Source of the DNA: Candidatus Cloacimonadales bacterium
GTDB taxonomy: Bacteria; Cloacimonadota; Cloacimonadia; Cloacimonadales; JAIOQZ01
DNA length: 64,000 nt
Assembly: GCA_942492065.1 (NCBI GenBank)
Contig: CALODV010000013.1
Span: 20,989 to 84,988 of the forward strand
Direction: 5' to 3'
The notes under the pieces are model-generated. The model was not told the DNA's origin. It saw only the letters and a list, made by a program, of their open reading frames with translations, and ran no database searches. A program made the translations under genes and the position numbers. Below, one piece after another: positions 10,672-20,611 of the stretch; the first letter of the stretch is position 1; every line of letters starts with the position of its first letter.

Positions 10672-11604
10672 ATGAACAAATTAAAATTCATTACTATTCA
10701 GGGACCTACTGCATCCGGTAAATCATCGTTAGCAATGAAGCTTGCACAGGCGTTGTCAACAGAGATCATATCTGCTGATTCAAGGCAAATATACAGATAT
10801 ATGGATATTGGAACAGCGAAGCCTACTGAAGAAGAAATGAAAATAATTAAGCATCACATGATAGATATAGTTAATCCGGACGAAACTTACAATGCAGGCA
10901 GATACTATCAGGATGCTGAATATATTATTTCAAATCTGAATTCCAGAGGAATAACCCCTATAGTTGTTGGAGGAACCGGTTTCTATATTAAATCACTGAA
11001 AGAAGGTCTTTTTGATTCTCCCAAAATTCCAGAAGAAGTTATAACTCACTATGATGAAATACTAAGTGAAAAAGGAAGCATTTTTTTGTACAATCTTTTG
11101 AAACAGGAAGATCCGGAAGCAGCCGAAAGAATTCATCCTAACGACACATACAGAGTACAACGTGCTTTACATATCTGGAAATCCACCGGAATTACTCAGA
11201 CAGAACACTGGAGGAGACAGAAAGAAGATTCAGGATCAGATTCATTTGATATATTAATAAATATAGATAGAGAGAAACTTTATTCCAGAATCAACACAAG
11301 AATAACACTGATGTTGAATGATGGGTTAATAAAAGAGATAAAAAGTATTAAAAATTCAGGTTACGATTTCAACTGCCCCGGCTTTTCATCCATTGGTTAT
11401 AAGGAGTTCATTCCGTACATTAAGGGAGAATCCGAACTGAAAGAATGCGCTGAGCTTGCAAGTCAGCACACCAGAAACTATGCGAAAAGACAAATGACCT
11501 GGTTTAGAAAACTGGATTTTGATTTGACAATTTTATCTGAAGATTATAATTTTTATTCTATATTGGAACAAGTAAAATCGTTCGTTACGGAAAAGAACAT
11601 TTAG
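10672..11604 (+). CDS. miaA: tRNA dimethylallyltransferase
   Basis: P-loop GPTASGKSS with the typical MiaA length. ATG at 10672 after AGGTGA. The track start at 10666 is a GTG. Confidence 0.9.
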   Translation: MNKLKFITIQGPTASGKSSLAMKLAQALSTEIISADSRQIYRYMDIGTAKPTEEEMKIIKHHMIDIVNPDETYNAGRYYQDAEYIISNLNSRGITPIVVGGTGFYIKSLKEGLFDSPKIPEEVITHYDEILSEKGSIFLYNLLKQEDPEAAERIHPNDTYRVQRALHIWKSTGITQTEHWRRQKEDSGSDSFDILINIDREKLYSRINTRITLMLNDGLIKEIKSIKNSGYDFNCPGFSSIGYKEFIPYIKGESELKECAELASQHTRNYAKRQMTWFRKLDFDLTILSEDYNFYSILEQVKSFVTEKNI

Positions 11605-11613
11605 GAGTACTCA

Positions 11614-12474
11614 ATGATAATTGCAAGTGTGAACAGCTATGAAATAACTGATAAAGAATACAAGGTTGAATTGATACGAATGATGAAAAATATGCTGCTT
11701 GAGCAGCCAAGCCAGGAGTGCAAAAAAAGAGCGTTAGAATGCCTCATAGATGGCGTCCTCCTCCTTTCTGAAGCCAGAAAAGCAGATATAACTGTATCTC
11801 AGGATGAAATTGAAAACGAACTTCTCGACCTCATGTTGACTTTTGATTCGGAAGATGAGTTTCAATATATTCTGGAACAGCAGCAGCTAAACGAGGCGAC
11901 TCTCAGAAAGAGAATCAGAGACAATATTATTATTGAAAAATATATCTATGAGAAATTTAAAGAAAGCAATGAAACCTATACAGACGATATCCTCAGAGAT
12001 TTTTATGAAAAAAACAAAGATAAGTTTGCCACTAGAGAAATGGTAAAAGCTTCTCACATTCTTGTCAGAAACGAATCCGGTGATGCGGAGGAAAAAGCAA
12101 ACAAGATCAGAACACAACTCCATACTAAGGAAGACTTTAACAACTATGCTGTCTCCATCTCAGATTGTCCTTCATGTGATCAGGCAGGGGATCTTGGATA
12201 TTTTGGTAGAGGTAAAATGGTTAAAGAAATTGAAGATGCCGCTTTCAGCATGGCTATTGATGAAATAAGTGAACCTATAAAGACAACCTTCGGATACCAT
12301 ATAATCATGGTTACAGACAGAAAAGACAGTAAAACTGCTGACTTTGAGAATATAAAGGACGCACTCAGAAAAAGACTTCATCAGATTGATTCTGAATTGA
12401 ACCTCCTCAACCATTTGAAACAGCTCAGAGTTGATGCAGAAATCGACATTGAATCTGAAGCAATCTTCAATTAG
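11614..12474 (+). CDS. PpiC/parvulin-type peptidyl-prolyl cis-trans isomerase (SurA/PrsA-like)
   Basis: Parvulin domain signature (ASHILV…[20 protein letters not shown]). Confidence 0.8.
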   Translation: MIIASVNSYEITDKEYKVELIRMMKNMLLEQPSQECKKRALECLIDGVLLLSEARKADITVSQDEIENELLDLMLTFDSEDEFQYILEQQQLNEATLRKRIRDNIIIEKYIYEKFKESNETYTDDILRDFYEKNKDKFATREMVKASHILVRNESGDAEEKANKIRTQLHTKEDFNNYAVSISDCPSCDQAGDLGYFGRGKMVKEIEDAAFSMAIDEISEPIKTTFGYHIIMVTDRKDSKTADFENIKDALRKRLHQIDSELNLLNHLKQLRVDAEIDIESEAIFN

Positions 12475-12487
12475 CGATAAAGGAGAA

Positions 12488-13195
12488 ATGATGATAACTC
12501 TGGGAGTAAATATTGACCATATAGCAACTTTAAGACAAGCCAGGCTTGGCATTGAACCTGAGCCTGTACAGGCGGCTCTAATTGCTGAGCAGGCAGGGGC
12601 GGATCAGATAACCGTACATCTTCGGGAAGACAGAAGACATATCCAGCAGCGCGATGTTGAACTCCTGAGACAGGTTGTGCAGACAAAGCTCAACCTTGAA
12701 ATGGCTGCATCTCCTGAAATGATAACTATTGCAAAAGTAATAAAGCCGGATATTGTAACCCTTGTTCCGGAAAGAAGACAAGAACTTACAACTGAAGGCG
12801 GATTGAATATTACAAACCTTCAAACCAAAATCGAAGACTTGAAGTCTGCAGGTATCGAAGTAAGTGTCTTTATTGAAGCTGATCCTGATATGATCAAACT
12901 CGCTGATAAATACCAGTGCGATGCAGTTGAGCTACACACCGGTAAATACGCAAACTTGAAAAAACAGGAAGAAATTGAAGAAGAGCTGAAAAGGATTCAA
13001 AAAGCATGCAAGATGATAAGATCTGCCAGAATGCGTGTTGTTGCCGGGCATGGAATAAACTACAAAAACGTATCTGCACTGAAGGATATTGGAATTATTG
13101 AAGAATTTAACATAGGTCACAGCATTATCAGCCGATCTGTCTTCTTCGGACTGCATGAAGCAGTGGCAACAATGAAAAAGCTGATTAACAAATGA
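12488..13195 (+). CDS. pdxJ: Pyridoxine 5'-phosphate synthase
   Basis: N-terminus LGVNIDHIATLRQAR. ATG at 12488 after AAAGGAG. The track start at 12431 lies upstream in frame. Confidence 0.9.
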   Translation: MMITLGVNIDHIATLRQARLGIEPEPVQAALIAEQAGADQITVHLREDRRHIQQRDVELLRQVVQTKLNLEMAASPEMITIAKVIKPDIVTLVPERRQELTTEGGLNITNLQTKIEDLKSAGIEVSVFIEADPDMIKLADKYQCDAVELHTGKYANLKKQEEIEEELKRIQKACKMIRSARMRVVAGHGINYKNVSALKDIGIIEEFNIGHSIISRSVFFGLHEAVATMKKLINK

Positions 13196-14106
13196 ATAAG
13201 AAGCAAAAAAATTTTATCGAGTATGCAGGATTCAGAGCATTATATTCAGTATTATCCTTCGTACCATATGAAAAAGTCTGCACATTTATAGAGAATATTC
13301 TTGTTTTTGCCGGAACAGTCCTGAGAATCAGGCTTAAAGATACTAAAAAACACATATCTTATGCTTTTCCGGAATATTCCAAAAAAGAGATTAATGAACT
13401 GGTAATCAAAGTCTATAAACATGTAGGCAGAACAGCGGCTGAAACATATTTTTCCAATCCTTATGATTTTTATCAAAACACAGAAGTTGTTGGATTTGAA
13501 AATATGATGGAAGCCTATTCCAAAAACAGAGGAGTCATTCTTCTGGCAGCTCACCTCGGTAATTGGGAACTTGCAGGCCGATATCTGGCATACAAAGGGC
13601 TACCCGTCTGTGCAATAGCCAAAAGGCAGCGTAACAGATTATTTGATGCGTTCATGAATAAAATACGAGTCGGCAGCGGTGTTGAAATAATATTCAACAA
13701 GTTATCAATGAGAAATATAATTTCTGCCATCAAAAGAAAAAAAATTGTTACAATCGTTGCGGATCAGAATGCAGGTAAGGACGGTATATTGATGGATGTG
13801 TTCGGAAAACCGGCATCTGTTCATACCGGGCCAGCCCGTATTGCCATTAAAACGGGTACTCCAATTGTTTACGGGTTCGCTGTTCGAAACGAGAAAAAGC
13901 ACATGAAGCTGATTTTCCTCAAACCTGTTTATACCGATAAAATCCAATACTCAGATGAGGCTGTTTACAGACTTACTGCTGAGATATCTGATACTTATCA
14001 GGAATATATAAAAAAATATCCACAATACTGGCTATGGCTTCATAAAAGATGGAAAGGTGCAGCCAAAGCCAGAGTTATCAAAAAGGAAAAAGATGAGCTA
14101 CTTTAA
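13192..14106 (+). CDS. Lipid A biosynthesis (Kdo2-lipid IVA) lauroyl/myristoyl acyltransferase family protein (LpxL/HtrB-like)
   Basis: ATGA overlap with the pdxJ stop. AAHLGNWE acyltransferase motif region and LpxL-like length. Confidence 0.7.
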   Translation: MNKKQKNFIEYAGFRALYSVLSFVPYEKVCTFIENILVFAGTVLRIRLKDTKKHISYAFPEYSKKEINELVIKVYKHVGRTAAETYFSNPYDFYQNTEVVGFENMMEAYSKNRGVILLAAHLGNWELAGRYLAYKGLPVCAIAKRQRNRLFDAFMNKIRVGSGVEIIFNKLSMRNIISAIKRKKIVTIVADQNAGKDGILMDVFGKPASVHTGPARIAIKTGTPIVYGFAVRNEKKHMKLIFLKPVYTDKIQYSDEAVYRLTAEISDTYQEYIKKYPQYWLWLHKRWKGAAKARVIKKEKDELL

Positions 14107-14689
14107 AAAACTGCAGCAGCACTATGTTCCCCGCTTCAGTAAAGATGAAAATGCAGCTATTCTTGATTGGGAGAATAAATCGGCTCAGTATATGAGATTT
14201 AAAGCTGTTACAGATAACATAGAGCTTCAAAATAAACGATTTCTTGATGTTGGTTCCGGTCTCGGAGACTTCCTCACTCATTGTGAAAACCTAGATATAG
14301 ATATTGATTACACCGGAGTCGATATTCTTGATGAAATGACTGAATCTGCCAGAAAAAAACATCCCGATGCAAAATTTGTTACGGCAGATATATTCAAATC
14401 AGACATATTCGAAGATACAGCTTTTGATGTGGTTTACACATCAGGAATTTTTAATCTAAACTTAAACAATAATCACATTTTTTTCATGCAGGCTATCGAT
14501 AAGTTTATCAGGATTTCCGATGATGTTATTGTTTTTAATCTTTTGCATGAAAGATCAACAGCAAAAGAAAACAAATACTTTTATAATAATCCTGAAAAAA
14601 TTTATAATTTAATGATAGAAAAATTCCGTGAAGTTCAGATTGTTGATAACTATCTTGAGAACGATTTTACCGTGATCTGCAGAAAATAA
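14093..14689 (+). CDS. Class I SAM-dependent methyltransferase
   Basis: Glycine-rich motif I FLDVGSGLGDF. ATG at 14093 with AAAAGGAAAAAG. The track start at 14057 is a GTG lying inside the previous gene. Confidence 0.6.
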   Translation: MSYFKKLQQHYVPRFSKDENAAILDWENKSAQYMRFKAVTDNIELQNKRFLDVGSGLGDFLTHCENLDIDIDYTGVDILDEMTESARKKHPDAKFVTADIFKSDIFEDTAFDVVYTSGIFNLNLNNNHIFFMQAIDKFIRISDDVIVFNLLHERSTAKENKYFYNNPEKIYNLMIEKFREVQIVDNYLENDFTVICRK

Positions 14690-14700
14690 CAGGAGGAAAT

Positions 14701-16356
14701 GTGTTCACAATTAAAATTAAAATTGATGGTGTAAGGAAAAAGACCGTAGTCTACCCTAAACCGATGACTATTGCAGAAATTATTTTGGAAGAAGATTTTG
14801 CTCCATATATGATATACAAGATAGACAATGTATATGTTACATCAGACTATCTTATAGATCACAATACAATAATCGATTGTCTTACGCTCAGCTCTCTGGA
14901 TGGATACAGAATTTATCAAGATACGGCAATCTTCATAATGATGAAAGCCTTCTTCAACCTCTATGGAGTTAAATCAAAGCTGGTTGTGGAGCACTCAATT
15001 TCTGATGGAGTCTTTTGCGAAATTTTCGGGGAACACAAAATAACCGACAAAGATGCTGAGGCTATCCAAAAGGAAATGCACAAAGTTATCAGCACCAAAC
15101 TTCCTATTGAAAAACAGATAATAAGCCTGAGAGCTGCCGAAGATATATTTACAGAGCATGGTAGAACAGATATCCTGAAAAACCTTAAGTACAGGCGTAA
15201 AGACAATATGACAGTATATAAATGCGGTCAATACTTCGATTATTATATCAGACAGCTTGCAGAGAATACATCATTCATAAGTACATTTGGGGTTGAAACT
15301 TATAAAACGGGTCTGATACTGAGGATACCAAGATACGGTTCGACTGAGCTTTCTGAGTTCTGTATTCCGCAGAAACTGTTTGATATTCACCAGGAATATG
15401 ACAAATGGCTTAGAATTTTGAAAATGCATAATGTATTTGAATTGAACGAATATATTACTGACTACAAAATTCCTCAAATTATTCATGTTGAGGAAGCTCT
15501 CCAGGAAAAGAAAATTGCCAGGATTGCAGACTTAATCAAAGAGAAAGAAGCGGTTAAAATTATACTAATTGCGGGACCATCTTCCTCCGGGAAAACAACC
15601 TTTGCCAAAAGACTCGCCATTCAGTTGAGAGTTAATGGATTGGTTCCAAAAATAATTGGTATGGATGACTACTTCCTGGCGCGAACTAAAACTCCTCGAA
15701 CACCGGATGGAGAATATGACTTTGAGTCTATATATGCAATAGACATTGAACTTCTTAACTCACACCTTAATGCACTGCTGGCAGGAGAAGAAGTTGATGT
15801 TCCAAAATATAACTTCAAGTCAGGGGAGCCGGAGTACTCTAATGAAATTCTGAAACTTGAGGAAAATGACGTGCTAATTATGGAAGGTATTCACGGTTTG
15901 AATGATATCCTGACATCCAAAATTCCTGATGCATCTAAATTCAGAGTTTATATCAGTGCTCTCAACCAATTGAATATCGATTATCACAACAGAATCCCTA
16001 CTACAGATAGTAGAAAAATCCGGAGAATAGTAAGGGATGCACGTTACAGAGGATATGATGCAGAAGATACCCTTATGAGATGGGACTCCATTCGTAAAGG
16101 CGAAGAAAAAAATATATTCCCGTTCCAGGAAAATGCTGACATCATGTTTAACAGCAGCTTAACATATGAACTGGCTTTCCTTAAGAATCAGGCAGCCCCA
16201 CTCCTTCAGGCTGTGAGAAAAAAATCACCTGTTTACCCTGAAGCTCAAAGGCTTCTTAGACTGCTCAGATACTTCGAACCGATAACTGATCACTTCTATG
16301 TTCCGACTAATTCTATTGTCAGAGAATTTGCTTTCGGTTCAATATTCAAATACTAA
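14701..16356 (+). CDS. Uridine kinase/phosphoribulokinase-family nucleoside kinase with N-terminal TGS-like and ThrRS-like additional domains
   Basis: P-loop GPSSSGKTTFAKRL in the C-terminal half. GTG start 7 nt after AGGAGG. Confidence 0.7.
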   Translation: MFTIKIKIDGVRKKTVVYPKPMTIAEIILEEDFAPYMIYKIDNVYVTSDYLIDHNTIIDCLTLSSLDGYRIYQDTAIFIMMKAFFNLYGVKSKLVVEHSISDGVFCEIFGEHKITDKDAEAIQKEMHKVISTKLPIEKQIISLRAAEDIFTEHGRTDILKNLKYRRKDNMTVYKCGQYFDYYIRQLAENTSFISTFGVETYKTGLILRIPRYGSTELSEFCIPQKLFDIHQEYDKWLRILKMHNVFELNEYITDYKIPQIIHVEEALQEKKIARIADLIKEKEAVKIILIAGPSSSGKTTFAKRLAIQLRVNGLVPKIIGMDDYFLARTKTPRTPDGEYDFESIYAIDIELLNSHLNALLAGEEVDVPKYNFKSGEPEYSNEILKLEENDVLIMEGIHGLNDILTSKIPDASKFRVYISALNQLNIDYHNRIPTTDSRKIRRIVRDARYRGYDAEDTLMRWDSIRKGEEKNIFPFQENADIMFNSSLTYELAFLKNQAAPLLQAVRKKSPVYPEAQRLLRLLRYFEPITDHFYVPTNSIVREFAFGSIFKY

Positions 16357-16361
16357 ATAAC

Positions 16362-16712
16362 ATGTCACAAATACTGATAAAAGATATAAACACTCCGGCT
16401 GATTTCAGCTGGAGTGCCGTTTTTTGCGACACAACGGAAAAACTTAAAAACTATCTAAAGCAGGACAGTATAATCATTGTTTCCTATGAATCTTATATTG
16501 AAGACAAAACTTTGTACCATGCCATAAAGCTCACATTTCCACACACCGTGATCGGTGTTCTTGATCTGGACAAAGAGAATGCTTTTGTGCAACATTTTAC
16601 AAAAGACAACCTCGATGACTTTATTGCGTCCTGTATCAGAAAAAAGTACAAGATCACTGATAAAAGAAAACTACTGGATTCTTTCCTTGATTTCCTTAAT
16701 AGCCAATCCTGA
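16362..16712 (+). CDS. Hypothetical protein
   Basis: 116-aa ORF with an ATG start immediately after the kinase gene. Confidence 0.4.
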   Translation: MSQILIKDINTPADFSWSAVFCDTTEKLKNYLKQDSIIIVSYESYIEDKTLYHAIKLTFPHTVIGVLDLDKENAFVQHFTKDNLDDFIASCIRKKYKITDKRKLLDSFLDFLNSQS

Positions 16713-17008
16713 CACATCAGTAAATACTGATTGGAAAAACAGGTAGTGCAGGGTTCGGATTTCAATTTCATACCACTCTTCACAATACAAAACTGTAACA
16801 TTTCAGGTTACCTCCGTTACTACTTCATATGATTACACAAAGAGATTAATTACTTTTGCTTTAAACCGATTGCAAGTTGAAGGTGAGTTTATGGTCAGAT
16901 TGTTATATTGTCCTATACATTATATAGCACAAAAAAAACAGGTAATCATTGACAACAAGATAAACAACCTTCATTTGGGTTTGTATTTGAAAATGAGGAA
17001 AAAAATAT

Positions 17009-20000
17009 ATGCTTAAGAAAATATTGACTAAGGTGTTTGGAGACCAGCACGACAGAGCATTGAAGAAGATTCAACCTGTATTGAATCAAGTTCTGTCAGT
17101 GTACAAAACACTTTCATCCAAAACCGATGATGAAATCAGAAATAGAATAAATGAGATAAAAGAAGAGATACAATCCAGTATAAAACCGTACCAGGAAGAG
17201 ATTGAAGAAACTCACAAAGATTATATTCAAGAGCCTGATGAAAATAAGAAAGAACGAATTGGTGATAAACTGGATGATCAGAAAAAGAAACTGAAAGACC
17301 ATATTCAGAAAACACTTGATAACTATCTCCCCGAAGTCTATGCAATTGTAAAAGACACATGCCGCAGACTTGTGGGACACACTTATAGAGTGCGGGATTC
17401 TGAAGATACATGGCACATGGTTCCTTTTGATGTTCAGATTATCGGTGGAATAGCACTTCATCAGGGGTTTATTTCGGAAATGGCAACCGGTGAAGGTAAA
17501 ACTCTTGTTGCTACTTTCCCGCTGTTTCTCAATGCACTTACCGGAAAAGGAGTTCACCTGATCACTGTGAATGACTATCTGGCACAACGTGACTCTGAGT
17601 GGATGAAACCTGTGTTTGAGTTTCATGGAATTAGTGTAGGCTGTATTGTAAACGGTATGCGTCTCGATGTAAAACAGGATGCTTACAACTGTGATATTAC
17701 ATACGGTACAAACAGTGAATTCGGTTTTGATTACCTTAGAGACAATATGGCTCGTTCTAAAGAGGAGCTGGTTCAGCGTGACCTTTTCTTCTGTATCATT
17801 GATGAGGTTGACAGTGTGCTTATTGATGAAGCCAGAACACCGCTCATTATCAGTGGTCCTGTGGCAGAAAGTAAAAATTTCTATCCGGAACTCAAACCTT
17901 ATATTTCCAAACTTGTTAATTCACAGAATATGATGGCTAACAGATTGGTTTCGGATGCTAAGAAGCTTATTGAAAGTGGAGACTGGGATCCTCTGGAAGT
18001 AGGAGAAATACTTCTTAAGGTCAAAAGAGCTGCACCGAAAAACAAACAGCTCATGAAACTGACAAAAGACGGAGATATAAAAAAATCAATTCAAGACGTG
18101 GAAGGTTACTACCTGAGAGACAAAAAAATGCACATCTTGGATGAAGAACTGTTTTACGTAATAGATGAACATGCTCATTCTGCCGATTTATGCGAAAAAG
18201 GACAAAATGAGCTTCATAGATATGACAATAACCTGTTTGTTGTTGAGCAGCTGGATGATATGCTGGATGAAATTGATCAGCAGGAAAATCTACCGGAAGC
18301 AGATAAAGCAGAATTAAAAGAAGAAGCAACCCAGCGATTCCTCGATAAAAGCGAAAAGCTGCACAACATCTCACAGTTACTGAGATCATACTCACTCTTT
18401 GAAAAAGACGTAGATTATGTTGTACAGGACAACAAGGTCATGATCGTTGATGAGTTCACCGGAAGACTTATGCCGGGAAGACGCTTCAGTGAAGGACTCC
18501 ACCAGGCTCTGGAAGCTAAAGAAGGAGTTAAGATTGAAGGTGCAACCCAGACTCTGGCAACTATCACCTATCAGAACCTGTTCCGAATGTACGATAAACT
18601 GGCAGGGATGACCGGTACGGCAATAACCGAAGAAGCTGAGTTTGTAGAAATATATAACTTACCATGTATGCTTATCCCGACAAATCTACCTATTACCAGA
18701 ATAGACTACAATGATGTTATATTGATGACCAAGCTGGAAAAATACAAAGCTATTATATCTGAGATCGAATACTGGCATGAAAGAAAAAAACCGGTGCTCG
18801 TCGGTACGGTATCAGTTGAGGTTTCGGAAACATTAAGCAGATTGTTATCCCGAAAAGGCATTAAGCACAATGTTCTCAATGCTAAGCAGCATGAGAAAGA
18901 AGCAGATGTAGTCAAAAACGCCGGACAACCCGGTTCAGTGACAATCGCAACCAATATGGCTGGTCGGGGAACTGACATTAAATTAGGTGAATCGGTAGTT
19001 ACAAGAACTAAAGAAGATTATCAGAAGGTATCTGAGAAAATAAGTGAAGAGTTTCCGTTTGGGCAACCAATAGACGGTCTGCATGTTATAGGTACGGAAA
19101 GACACGAATCACGCCGTATTGACAGACAGCTCAGAGGTCGTGCAGGTCGACAGGGAGACCCCGGAACATCAAGATTTTATCTTTCTCTGGAGGACGACCT
19201 TATGAGGTTGTTCGGTTCAGAAAAAATAGCACCGATGCTGAAGAAATTCGGTATCCAGGAAGGCGAAAAAATTACTCACAGCTGGATGACCAGTACTGTT
19301 GAAAAAGCTCAGAAGCGAGTGGAGGGACATAACTTCAACATACGTAAACAACTGATTAAATATGATGAAGTAATGAATCAGCAGCGTGAGGTTATATACA
19401 ACTTCAGAAGAAATGTTCTTAAAGGATATGACCTTAAGAATATCATTCTGGAAATGATAAGAGACACAATAGACAATATTGTTATATCACTTACAGCAAA
19501 AACCACGTATGAAGAAGAATGGGATGTAAAGAAACTTCATCAGTGGGTAAATCATAATCTTAATCTTACGATGGACACAATCTCGACAGATGGGTTATCC
19601 CATGAAGGACTGTCTGAAAAAATGCAGGAATTCCTGATAGCGGAATATGATAATCGGGAAGAACAGCTTACAAGTGAAATCATGCGTAAGATTGAACATA
19701 GATCTCTGCTTGATGTAGTCGACAGTGAATGGAGAGACCATCTTCATGAAATGGACCTCCTTAAAGACGGTATTGGAATGCGTGCTTATGCAAACAAAGA
19801 CCCGTTGATTGAGTTCAAGAAAGAGAGTTTTAAGCTTTTTGAAACATTGATTGCAAGAATATATGAAAATGTAACTAAAAAAGTTTTTACAACATATATT
19901 GTATCTTCCAGAGAACAGCTTGAATCTCTGCTCAAAGATGTGTCCACATCTCATGCAAATATTACAGCATACTCAACAAGACCGTTAGATCAACCTGAAC

Positions 20001-20149
20001 AGAAAACTCAGACTAATCAGCAGTCCGGTCCACCTCCAAAAGTTGCACCTCGCAGAGTAGATCAGAAAGTTGGAAGGAATGATCCATGCCCATGCGGTTC
20101 TGGTAAAAAATTCAAGAAATGTTGTGGAGCATTGAGTAATCAAGAATAA
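17009..20149 (+). CDS. secA: Preprotein translocase ATPase SecA
   Basis: 1046 aa with DEAD-like motor motifs and the C-terminal zinc-binding CPCGSGKKFKKCCG. Confidence 0.95.
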   Translation: MLKKILTKVFGDQHDRALKKIQPVLNQVLSVYKTLSSKTDDEIRNRINEIKEEIQSSIKPYQEEIEETHKDYIQEPDENKKERIGDKLDDQKKKLKDHIQKTLDNYLPEVYAIVKDTCRRLVGHTYRVRDSEDTWHMVPFDVQIIGGIALHQGFISEMATGEGKTLVATFPLFLNALTGKGVHLITVNDYLAQRDSEWMKPVFEFHGISVGCIVNGMRLDVKQDAYNCDITYGTNSEFGFDYLRDNMARSKEELVQRDLFFCIIDEVDSVLIDEARTPLIISGPVAESKNFYPELKPYISKLVNSQNMMANRLVSDAKKLIESGDWDPLEVGEILLKVKRAAPKNKQLMKLTKDGDIKKSIQDVEGYYLRDKKMHILDEELFYVIDEHAHSADLCEKGQNELHRYDNNLFVVEQLDDMLDEIDQQENLPEADKAELKEEATQRFLDKSEKLHNISQLLRSYSLFEKDVDYVVQDNKVMIVDEFTGRLMPGRRFSEGLHQALEAKEGVKIEGATQTLATITYQNLFRMYDKLAGMTGTAITEEAEFVEIYNLPCMLIPTNLPITRIDYNDVILMTKLEKYKAIISEIEYWHERKKPVLVGTVSVEVSETLSRLLSRKGIKHNVLNAKQHEKEADVVKNAGQPGSVTIATNMAGRGTDIKLGESVVTRTKEDYQKVSEKISEEFPFGQPIDGLHVIGTERHESRRIDRQLRGRAGRQGDPGTSRFYLSLEDDLMRLFGSEKIAPMLKKFGIQEGEKITHSWMTSTVEKAQKRVEGHNFNIRKQLIKYDEVMNQQREVIYNFRRNVLKGYDLKNIILEMIRDTIDNIVISLTAKTTYEEEWDVKKLHQWVNHNLNLTMDTISTDGLSHEGLSEKMQEFLIAEYDNREEQLTSEIMRKIEHRSLLDVVDSEWRDHLHEMDLLKDGIGMRAYANKDPLIEFKKESFKLFETLIARIYENVTKKVFTTYIVSSREQLESLLKDVSTSHANITAYSTRPLDQPEQKTQTNQQSGPPPKVAPRRVDQKVGRNDPCPCGSGKKFKKCCGALSNQE

Positions 20150-20157
20150 GAGGATTT

Positions 20158-20598
20158 ATGAATCAAATTAAGAAAACTAAATATGATTCAAAAGCTGATA
20201 GATCAAAAAATAATAGAGAAGAAACTTTTGTTGAAAATTTCAAGGAAGAATCCGAACCGGCTTTAAGCAGACTACTGAAGGAAATTTTCAAAGAAGAACA
20301 TAAAAACAGCTATCATAGAATCGCTGCCAGTGACGAAAGAATTTTCCTGTCTCAGGAAGCCTTTGGATATCTGCTTGAACTTGTTCACAAAAAATCAATT
20401 GATGAATTTCTATTTGAGAAAATAGTGAACCTCTCTATGAATATCTATCAAATAATGAATAAAGAAATATCGAAAAGCGTAGTTCAGAAGATAACTAATG
20501 TAATGTTTTTTACAAGTCCTGACTCAGTTACAGTCAAGGATATAATCGATTGGGTAATTGATTCTGAAACTACAGATGATAAGTTAATAATTAATTAG
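20158..20598 (+). CDS. Hypothetical protein
   Basis: 146-aa ORF tightly packed between secA and topA. Confidence 0.45.
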   Translation: MNQIKKTKYDSKADRSKNNREETFVENFKEESEPALSRLLKEIFKEEHKNSYHRIAASDERIFLSQEAFGYLLELVHKKSIDEFLFEKIVNLSMNIYQIMNKEISKSVVQKITNVMFFTSPDSVTVKDIIDWVIDSETTDDKLIIN

Positions 20599-20611
20599 AA
20601 ACAGGTACATT

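Noticed and set aside
12062-12268. Small + ORFs overlapping ppiC/pdxJ (12062..12268, 12471..12686 and similar)
   Set aside because: They overlap confidently assigned genes in other frames and lack start signals.
17114-17626. Long antisense ORFs inside secA, the giant gene, the tape measure gene and others (for example 17114..17626, 28224..28631, 60154..60669)
   Set aside because: They lie entirely within well-supported genes on the opposite strand, lack a Shine-Dalgarno, and have junk-like composition. They are shadow ORFs.
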